From NCBI GenBank assembly GCA_951406725.2, contig OX597833.1:72726001-72790000 (forward strand): 64,000 nucleotides of DNA, in the 5' to 3' direction. The position numbers and the translations under genes were made by a program. This stretch comes from Octopus vulgaris. Taxonomy: Eukaryota. The notes under the pieces were generated by a model. The model did not search any database and was not told where the DNA came from. It was given only the letters and a program-made list of their open reading frames with translations. Shown piece by piece: positions 53,950-64,000 of the stretch; the first letter of the stretch is position 1, and each line of letters opens with the position of its first letter.

Positions 53950-54905
53950 CGATTAGTCTTAAAATGACTACTTAAAGCTGTACCAGAAGGACAACACTTA
54001 GAATCAGATACCCGAGTGTATGGTGAGAAGTGTCAAGTTGTAGACAGTTTTGTGCATTTTGGCCGGACCCTTAGTATAGCATGCATCTTTGACAAGGAAA
54101 TCTCGCTGAGAATCAGCAAAGCCATTGGTACCTTCAGAAAGTTGGGGAAAAGCACCTGTGGTCTCAACAAAGTGTCTCTACTAATACTAATACTGAAATG
54201 AAGGATTCCAAAACATGGGTGCTGCCTTCCCTGTTGTTCGCTCGTGAGACGTGCGTAACCAACGAACGCATGAGAAACAGGTGAAGCGCTTCCAGCAACA
54301 GCGTCTCCATCGTATCTTGGGTCTGTATTGGCAAATGGAGGTGAGTGATGTTGAGGTCGTGGGAAGAAGTCACTGTCGAAATACTGGGTCAATGATTTTG
54401 CAGCCCCGACACGGATGGGTGGGTCATTTAGTAAGAATGAAGGCCTGTAGGACTCTGGAGCAGCCCCTGAATTGTGAGCTGAGGAATGGAAAGCGTCCAC
54501 CTTATAAAGCTAAACTAAGGCTCAAAGATTGTATAAAAACATCGTTCAAGAAAAATAACAGTTCGGAAAAAGACTTGGAAGAAACTGAGAGGACAAGATG
54601 GAAGAAAGCAATATTAGACGGAAGAAATCTCGAAAAGTTGAAGAGGAATGCTAGAAAGAGTGTGGGCGGGATATTTCCGAGAGATGTGGGTGACCAGAGT
54701 GAGGTAAGATGCAATGAATGTGGGAGTCTGCTCCAGTCGAGAGGGACGGCAAGGTTCGCCTATCAGCTGGTGGGGTTGAAGCGACAGGCGAAGGTGCATG
54801 ATGAGCAATAAGAAGCCCCTCTTGTTGGAGGCAGTCCCGTGTGTAAGATATGTGCCAAAAGGTGTTGGTCACTTGTTGGCCTGAAAAGCCACAGGAGACC
54901 GAAGC
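53950..54905 (+). mobile_element. RTE-clade LINE, C-terminal ORF region with C2H2-like zinc fingers, degenerate
   Basis: VVDSFVHFGRTLS..DKEISLRISKA...F, RLHRILGLYWQ, WVGHLVRM, GKRP....KLRLKD.IK, CNECG and CKICAKRCWSLVGLKSHRR. Confidence 0.85.
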
Positions 54906-54937
54906 GCCCTTCACACACACACACACACACACACATG

Positions 54938-55030
<93 letters not shown>

Positions 55031-56249
55031 TGCGAGCGTGCTTGTGTGCATGTGTGTGTGCATGTAAGTTTATATCTCATGGTGTTCGTTCCAGCACTTT
55101 CATGCAAAACACCTCCTTCAACAGATACTGAAGAAGACTTCGACTAAAATATTCTCTGCTATCAAATATTTGTCTCAAAATACAGACGATCTCAACACTC
55201 GAACCGGGAACTATTGAACTGCACTCCATTAAACTGTCGTTGACAAACTTTCCAAATATCTTCAGCGTCAAACAAAACAATCTCCATGGGCCAAGTTCCA
55301 GCAACAGATTCTTCCGTCAAAATGCGAAGAAATTTAACCAAAACATAAGTGATCTCATCACAATATCCCATAATCCTCTGCGAATGTGTTGCAATGAATT
55401 ATCGATCGAAAGAAGCAGAGCCGCTTACATCATAGAAAATATATTAACCACGTGTTAGCAGGGAAAAAAAATTGACCAACTTCTAAGTCATCAGCGGAAT
55501 TGAAATCAGACAGTCTGCGATCAGAAAATAATGGCCCAACCACAGAGAGCATCGAGAGATTGGACATGTGTATATGTTATGTGTGTATGTATGTATGTGT
55601 ACATGTATATATGTGTGAGCCTCTATATTATAACTTGGAATATACATATATTTTCATACATACACACGTTTATACATGCACATATACATACAGACAAACA
55701 CACGTACAAACTGTATACATACATTCATACATACATGCGTACGTACGTTCCTATATGCATACATTTACATACGCTAGACTTCTTTAACAATGTCCTTGAA
55801 AAGATGCTGATGCTATGGAGTCTGGTTGTGAATATTGATCCACTGGAAACTGTTGTAATCCTTTGCTGTCTGCCAAACGGATAGCTTCTCTTCCATCTCC
55901 CTCTCCCTGCAGGGAAGCAGGTGAAGTTTATGAAAAGACGGCAGCATCTGAAACTCGGTCGTGTATCATTTCGCCCTGGCTTCTCTCCTACCAACACCTT
56001 GGACTCCCTGATCGGTTGATAGGATGCATGAGTATCAAGACCCTTCGCATTAAGACCCTTCGCATTGCTGTGTTGCAGCTGGATGAATGAATCAACTCAT
56101 GGGCGAATGTAATATAGTACTTCAGATTAGCAATCAGCGCGAAGGGAAGAAGAGACCGAAATATCAGGAGTTGGTGGAGGGTTAAGGTTGGAACAGGTGG
56201 CAGACCAGATGTGTGTCAGTGGAGGTGGGCTGTTGAGGATTTTCAGGTC

Positions 56250-56560
56250 GTTCCTTAGAAATCTCGGGCATTACAGAATGTACAGAAGACGACACTTGAA
56301 GAATAATGCAATGGTTGCAGAGAAAGCATGTTGATGGCTCTAGTTAAATGGGGGTGGTCAGTAGAAAGGCCATCTGGACACAAGTCTAGGTCGGGTCTAG
56401 TTTGGGCGAAGGTGTATAATGTATGGCCCGAAACAGCCAATGACTCCACACCACGGACGATGTGTCCAGCTGTTGTATGTGGACCTTGAAATAAATCTTG
56501 ATATCGGTTAGAGCAAAAATTGGTTGTAGAAGGGGCTGGGGGTAGGTGATGAAGTGATCC
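56250..56560 (-). mobile_element. Highly degenerate LINE (post-RT region) remnant
   Basis: KIYFKVHIQQLDTSSVVWS resembles LYK..IRP.LEY.S.VWS; SLQPL follows downstream. Weak. Confidence 0.35.
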
Positions 56561-56912
56561 ATAAGAATCGAAACTGTTTTGTTTGATTCCTTCCCCTTAG
56601 AATACCAATGTGATGGCCATCTTCTCTATTGATGGATAGAAGAAGATCCTGAACGACATCATGAGCCCCTATGTATGTCAGTAACCCTTTGAAGTATTGT
56701 TGTGTCTAGTCTTCAAGACGATGTCTCTGGTGCCGCGTTCTTCAGAAACAACCAAAGATTGCCTTCTGGAACTCTACATCTTGACTGACGTTCTCCGATC
56801 ACTATTTTAAAGTTCAATATGTGATTTGCTTCGAGGACAAATTAAAACTTCTTTACATCTCGTTCTAGTAACCTATCATTTCTGGCGGTTTTGGTGTTAA
56901 ATCGAACCTTAA

Positions 56913-57114
56913 CCCTTTCGCTATAAACCTATCTACGACCGCTCTTGCTTCTACGACACAAACTTACAGTTTTAAAGTGATCTCAGTTAAAACTGTCCAT
57001 CATAACATCCTGGTAATATGTTTCAAGCATCCGTTTATTAATGACAATTATTTTACTAAAATTCTTTATTTTCCAAATTTAGAGTATTTCAATAGATATA
57101 TGGTATTAAAAGGG
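56913..57114. mobile_element. Possible piggyBac-type MITE
   Basis: TTAA-CCCTTTCG...TAAAAGGG-TGAA: CCC/GGG ends and a degenerate TTAA target. Confidence 0.45.
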
Positions 57115-58438
57115 TGAAACCCTAACAATAAGGACATTTTTTTTTCGAGCTCGCTCCTGGAAATCCCGAATAGATAATAATAGGAGCAAGAGGAAGCAAG
57201 GAAGTAATTCTGGGATGTCTTTTCCCTGACGCTTCCATGGTGGCGACGATGAACCTTCCTTTCCAGATCCAATTCTCAAATAATGTCATTCAGAACGCGT
57301 TGTTACAGTAACTCATTACATAATATTTGAATATAAATGAAATTCTTTAAGATTCTGATGGCTCTGGCAACTCAGGTGGACTTGGCCATTTGAGCAGAAC
57401 ATTCCAGAAGAAATCTTATTTTCTTCCTTTTTAACGATTATCTCCATTGAGAATGACTCAGCGAAGATAATCGTATCGGATCCAACTAGGATTCTATCAT
57501 TACATCTAACAACGGTTTCAAACGTTGACGACACAAGGCCAGCAATTTCAGGGGAAGTCACTTGCATCAACCCCCATCACATGACTGGTATTTAGTTTAT
57601 CGACTCCGAACTTTCATCTAAATTATGCATACAAGCTTTATTACATCTGTTTTTGTATCAACACACACACACACACACATGCATGTATGCATCTTCGTAA
57701 TTTCTATCGATCGAGAATTAAAATCCCTCTCTTCGCCACATGTTTCCCTGGAAACCAATGTTCCACGAACAGAGACTCTTGAAGTACCCGATGACCCCTT
57801 TCTCCCCACCCGTTCCATTCTGGTCTCTTTCTCTAATTTCTAACGAAATCCAAAAGGGGTCAGTGAAGCAAATGGACCAGATAAAATTGTTGTTCTTGTT
57901 ATTGTTTATCGTCAGATCAGCCCCGACTGAGCAGACCTATGAGCAAAGGCTTTCCACCCATGCCTATCCCAACCCATCATTTTAGAGAAGCATTAACCTA
58001 AGACGACATTCGCTATCCAACGCGTCCTTTCTTTAAGCATAAAACTCTAGTCAATAATTCGAGGTGAGATTTAGCTGCTATTTCTAGTGCAGAACGTCGA
58101 ACTTGCACGTCGGGGTGGGACGAGATGGGCCAGGTTGGCAGGGCGGGGTGGGGGTAGCCTCGTCTCGGTTAACCTTTTTATGAACCTAGAAAATATTTCG
58201 ACCCGGATCGATTACCGACCCGAGATAAAAGCACAAGAGTGACCCACATATCCGGGTCACTACTACTACTACTGCTGCTACTGCTGCTACTACTACTACT
58301 GCTACTACTGTTAAACGCACATTCTAGACTGCGTCTGATAATACACCATCTGCTCGACTGGATTGACAAAGAATCGCTCATTAACACAATACAAACGCAG
58401 TTGCTCTCTCTTTCTCCCTCTCTCTCTCTTTCTTTCTT

Positions 58439-58477
<39 letters not shown>

Positions 58478-58482
58478 TTCTT

Positions 58483-58563
<81 letters not shown>

Positions 58564-58794
58564 TAAACGTAGTATCTCATATATACACAACACCCATACA
58601 CATACATGTGTGTGTGTGTGCATGAAAGGAGGGAATCTATCTATCTGTCTGTCTGTCTGTCTGTCTGTTATGAATCTACAATCTATATATCAATGTATAT
58701 CAACGTCTATTTGTAGGTATATATTTATATATTTATGCCACCATACGTGTGTGTGTGTCTCTGTGTGTCTGTGTGTGTATGTGTGTGTGTGTGT

Positions 58795-58861
<67 letters not shown>

Positions 58862-59735
58862 TTTCAGAGATATTTTAGGAACATAAACCGGTGCAAATGC
58901 AGACTTCTCTGAGTGTATATGTATGTATATACGCATGTGCATGTATGTAGATGTATGTATATAAACATGTGTGTGTGTGTGCCAAGTTTTATGCCCACGC
59001 CCACTACACCCACCTGGTTCTTCACAAAACTACCCCCTCCCCCCAATGTCTCATTTCAAGAGAAACAACTGTTTCTAATCTAACACCAACTGAAGCAAAC
59101 CAAGGGCTCACGAGAGAGAGAGAGGAGGAGAGGAAGGAGGGGAGGAATAAAGGAAAGAAAGAAAGAAAGTAAGAAAGAAAGAAAGAAAGAAACAGAGAGA
59201 AGGTGAAAGAGAGTCTTGATCGCCAGAAATAATAGCCAAATGACCGCCTGCGACCGAATTAGAAGCAAAAATGAAAGAACACATTTCACAAGGATGGTCA
59301 CGGCTGGACAGAGCTCCATTGTGGATCAGCTGCTTTGTAATAGCTTAAGGGGTAAACCAGAATAGCCGCACAGTCAAAATGAGAACTTATATATGGTTGC
59401 TCAACGTGCTAGAAATAGCAGCCGAATCGTCCTTACATCTTTACTATCGTGTTTAAAAGTGGGAGGCCACGTTTGGTAATGTAACCAAGAAGCTGGGAAA
59501 GCTTTTGTCAGAGATCTGCTTTATCGGGATGGGTGTGAGGACAAACAACAATAATAACAGCCACTAAACCACTTCCGCCACAACCACCACCACCACCACC
59601 ACCACAACCACAAACACAACCACCGCCGCCACCACCACCACCACCACAACCAGCAACAACAACAACAATTGTAAGAACAACGACTTCAGTAGCAACAATA
59701 GCTTGTTTTACTTATGATTCATGGAAACTATTAAC

Positions 59736-60789
59736 TACGAGGCTGAAAAGTTCATGGGGCGCCCCCGGAGGAATCATCTTTCAGCGTGCATTAAATTCAA
59801 CCTTTACTGGTGCTAACTACGTTTTTACTTTCCAGAGAAACCCACACTAGATACAGAATTGAGGACTTGCAAAAGTAGTACTAGAGACATTTTGTGAAAA
59901 TGGATCAAATTTGGCACCGTGGTGTTATCAAATATCTACAGAAAAAGGGGTTACCCCCCACCCGAGGCATTCGTGGTGTCATGGTCTCTACATTAGGGGA
60001 TGATGTTCCAGCTTTATCCACTGTGTAAAAGAGGGCAGCTGAATTCAAGAGGGGTAGAGAGAGACTTGAAGATGACCCAAGGTCCGGGCGTCCTGCCATA
60101 GCCACCACCCAAGAAAACATTGATCGTGTTCCCCACATGGTGATGGATGACAAATATTTAACTGTTAATCAAAAAGCGAATGCAGTGGGTAACTCCTGTG
60201 AATGAGTTGAAAACATTGTGCATAACGAACTTGGCATGTCGAAGGTTTCAGCTCAGTGGGTGCCACGACCTTTGATGCCTGACCAAAAGCACACCAGGCT
60301 GGTCGTGTCGCAGGAGAACTTGGCACTTTTTGAAGCAAATCCAGCTGCTTTTCTTGAATGTTTCCTCATCCAAGATGAATGCTGGGTTCACCACTTTGAG
60401 CCAGAGATCAAACGAAAGTCCATGAAAATGGAAACACCCGTCTTCTCCCCCACCGAAAAAGGCCAAGGTGGTGTCGTTGGCAGGGAAGATGATGGCCTAC
60501 ATCTTCTAGAATGCAAATGGCATTGCGTTCATTGACTACCTTCAGAAAGGCCATATTATCAATGCAGAATACAATGCCAACTTGCTGAGGCAGCTACGAA
60601 AGGCAATCAAGTAAAAGGGTCTGGGAAACTGACGAAGGGAGTCCTTCTTCAGCAGGATAAAGCTCCTACACACAAGTCTATGGTTGCAATGGCTTTGATC
60701 CGGCTGCTATTTTCTGTTGCCCAACATGAAAAAACACTTGGCTGGGAAGAAGTATCGGACCGATGATGAAGTCGTATCTGTTGTTGAAG
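59736..60789 (+). mobile_element. mariner transposon (Himar1/Hsmar2-like), pseudogenised
   Basis: TIR-like TACGAGGCTGAAAAGTTC; ATG at 59900: MDQIWHRGVIKYL..EFKRGRERLEDDPRSGRP...KVSAQWVPRPL...QDECWVHHFEPE...PKKAK..AGKMMA..IDYLQKG..QQDKAPTHKS, with stops and frameshifts. Confidence 0.92.
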
Positions 60790-61119
60790 GTGCATGGTTC
60801 AGTAGTTAGAGCGTTGGGTTTGCAATCATGAGATAGTGAGTTCGATTCCCGAACCGGGCTGTGTGCTGTGTGCTTGAGCAAGATACTTTATTTCACGTTG
60901 CTCCAGTTTACTCAGTTGTGGAAATGAGTTGTGACGTCACTGGTGCCAAGCTGCATCGGTCTTTCCTTTGAATAACACCAGTGGCATGGAAAAAGGAAGT
61001 TGGTATGAATGAGCATCGGATTGCACCTAGAAAGTTACCCTTCGAGGCACAAGTCCGAGCCATGTTGTTTATGGAAGACCAGCAGTCACCCATGCATACC
61101 AACTTCCTTTCTCCATGCC
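60790..61119 (+). mobile_element. tRNA-derived SINE at the 3' end of the mariner remnant
   Basis: GCATGGTTCAGTAGTTAGAGCG..GAGTTCGATTCCC head, TTGAGCAAGATACTTTATTTCAC body, followed by (TACA)n. A related head is at ~33144-33260. Confidence 0.75.
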
Positions 61120-61156
61120 ATACATACATACATACATACATACATACATACATACA

Positions 61157-61187
<31 letters not shown>

Positions 61188-61524
61188 TTCAAAAATGAGT
61201 TTAAGGGACATAACATCCTGGCGGTGACCGTGTTTCCTCTCAAGTCGGTTTCAGATGCCGGTTAATCACAACAGCCACTAAACCACTTCCGCCACTGCCG
61301 GGACCGCCACAACTACCACAAACACAACCACCACCACCACCACCACCACCAGCAACGGTCCAATAAATTGTTAGGCTCTGCTAACTTTTCCCGCTGGGTA
61401 AATTCGTGTGTCCTATTCAGGGTTGCATATGTTCCCTGGAGTAAGGGATATTATTAATAATAAGGGGAACGGCGATCTTCCACGTCCATAATTTTATTTA
61501 ACAGTTTTTTACGGCAGCTTTTTC

Positions 61525-61614
61525 GGACTTACACGTGTTTCAATTGCAGCGACTGCCCGCTGTTGGACACGCAGTCTAGTATCATGACCCTGTGGGGCAG
61601 TTTCCTCAGGGTCC
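61525..61614 (-). ncRNA. Hammerhead ribozyme motif with palindromic stem III
   Basis: Minus strand GGACC-CUGAGGA-AACUGC..GCAAUU-GAAA-CACGUG-UA-AGUCC. Confidence 0.6.
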
Positions 61615-61685
61615 TCACCTTCAGTCGTTTCGAAGTAGAACTGAAGGAATCAACAAACTGAATGCATAAAGTGTTTTGTGGGAGT

Positions 61686-62005
61686 CAAACAAATCGACCC
61701 CAGGACTTATTGTTTGTAAGCTTAGTACTTGTTCTCTCGGTCTCTTTTGACGAACTGCTAAGTTACGGGGACGTAAACACACCAACATCGTTTGTCGAGC
61801 AATAGTGGTGGTGGGGGCAAACACAGACACACAAATACACACACATATATACGACGGGCTTCTTTCAGTTTCCGTCTACCAAATCCACTCACAAGGCTTT
61901 GATCAGCTCAAGGCTATAGTAGAAGACACTTGCCCAAGGTGCCACACAGTGGGAATGAACCCAGTACCATGTGGTTGGGAAGAAAGCTTCTTACCACATA
62001 GCCAC
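61686..62005 (-). mobile_element. SINE family C copy
   Basis: Aligns with 13577-13995 and 20112-20509. Confidence 0.85.
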
Positions 62006-62198
62006 ATACATACATACATACATACATACATACATACATAAATATATACATACATACATGCATACATACATAAATACATACATGCATAAATATATATACA
62101 CACACACACACATACATACACACACACGCATATACACATACACACACATACACACACATACATACATACATACATACATACATACATACATACATACT

Positions 62199-62350
<152 letters not shown>

Positions 62351-62665
62351 CACACATACATACACACATTGCGTTTAGATATCATCAATAGTTGAGTCTG
62401 GACCAAATTATTATTGAGGAAATATTGATAAAGGTCACGTGTCGAAAGAGTGAAAGAAACAAAGGAGTGGATGGCAGACGACAGGGGTGGGGCGGGCAGA
62501 GACACAAGGAGAATAGAGTTACACTCACACACACACACGTAGATATAGACATATATATATATACTCATTACATGTATACATACTTATGTACATGCATATA
62601 TATATATACGCATACAATGTGTGCGAGTGTGTGTTTTTTGTATAGAGGATTGGTCGATAGATAGC

Positions 62666-62745
<80 letters not shown>

Positions 62746-63559
62746 CTGACAGGCAGATAGAGAGCGAGAGAGAGCGAGAGAGAGGCATGTGACAGTGTAT
62801 AGTTGCTATCTGGACAGGCGGTCAGACATACCGGAAGCAGACAAATCATCAAATATATAGATTTTGACCAAAAACGGGATATGTTGGTATAGAAATGTGT
62901 GTTATAGCTACATAAGAGGACACAAACATATTACTGGTGACATATTTTAACATGTTTAGATGCATGGAATCCAAAGTCGACGCTTGTTATTGTCAATCCG
63001 GACTGGGAGAGAGATCTGTGATCACCAGTGACTATAGCCATTGCCATAAGGTGTTTTGTTTTGAAATAGTGTAGCATGGGATACATTAGCCATTATGTGC
63101 TTTCATAAGAGGATAGGGTTATAGTTTAAAGCTTTATTCCACTAGTATTTCTACCACCAGGCTCAGGTTTCGTCAATCAACAGGATTGTAACACGGAATG
63201 TAAGAAAATACGAAACTAAATATTTAAGAGACATATATTATATGACGCTTCCGGCAGCCGTCTGCCACCCCGTCGTCAATAGAGAAATATTTTGACAGAG
63301 AGATTGAGAGGGAGAGAGAGGGTGATTCAATAGGAAATCTATTGACGATAGTGGGGAGGAGAAGCAATGAAGGGAAGGAAGAGGAAAAGGAAGTTGAATA
63401 GATAAGAGAGGGAGAGGAGAAAGAAGGGGCAGTTAAAGGGATGAGGATTAGGAGGAGGCAAGAAATTGGAAAAATAATGAACGGTTTAGATTGATATAGA
63501 GAGAGAGGAGGAGTAAGATTGAGCAATGAAAGGAGACCGAAGCACAGAGAGAGAGAGGG

Positions 63560-63920
63560 GGGGAGCTGAGGTGAATGAGAGAGAGTGAGAGAGAGAAGAG
63601 AGAGAGAGAAGAGAGAAGAAGAGATAGAGAGAGAGCTGAAGTGAATGAGAGAGAGTGAGAGAGAGAAGAAGAGATAGAGAGAGAGCTGAAGTGAATGAGA
63701 GAGAGTGAGAGAGAGAAGAGAGAGAGAGTGCGAGAGAAGAAGAGATAGAGAGAGAGCTGAAGTGAACGAGAGTGAGTGAGAGAGAGAAGAAGAAGAAGAG
63801 AGAGAGAGAGAGAGAGAGAGAGCTGAAGTGAATGAGAGAGAGTGAGAGAGAGAAGAAGAGAGAGAGAGAGCTGAAGTGAATGAGAGAGAGTGAGAGAGAA
63901 GAAGAGAGAGAGAGAGAGAA
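63560..63920. repeat. GA-rich minisatellite (unit ~48-70 bp anchored on GCTGAAGTGAATGAGAGAGAGTGAGAGAGAAG)
   Basis: About six recurrences of the anchor with variable (GA)n spacers. Confidence 0.85.
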
Positions 63921-64000
63921 GAATGTGGCCAAGAGAATTGCGGAGAGGCAGGAGAGGAAGAGTATGAAAGAAGAAAAGAAGTGGGAAGGTGGGGGATGAA

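Overview
Repeat-rich eukaryotic DNA, most likely from an octopus or other coleoid cephalopod. This is an inference from the tRNA-derived SINE families, the Dong/RTE/Penelope/mariner remnants and the extreme microsatellite density. Two spliced protein-coding genes lie on the minus strand. One is the first coding exon of a bestrophin chloride channel (ATG at 4001; the gene continues off the left edge). The other is the last three exons of an HSPA12-type atypical Hsp70 (35554-35333, 33871-33697, 28927-27873; 483 aa spliced), whose N-terminal exons I could not find in the window. Nearly everything else is microsatellite, SINE, LINE fragment (CR1, Dong/R4, RTE, Tx1/L1, Penelope) or DNA-transposon remnant, and most listed ORFs are repeat artefacts. 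The most notable unexplained signal is a set of hammerhead-ribozyme motifs from several unrelated sequence families. Many have the palindromic stem III typical of Penelope-like elements. Three loci are fold-back palindromes carrying a hammerhead on each strand, and the best-preserved is 25011-25209. There is also a SINE-head / CR1-RT / SINE-tail chimera and a probable (TAA)n-targeted non-autonomous retroelement family. All calls were made by eye, without database searches.
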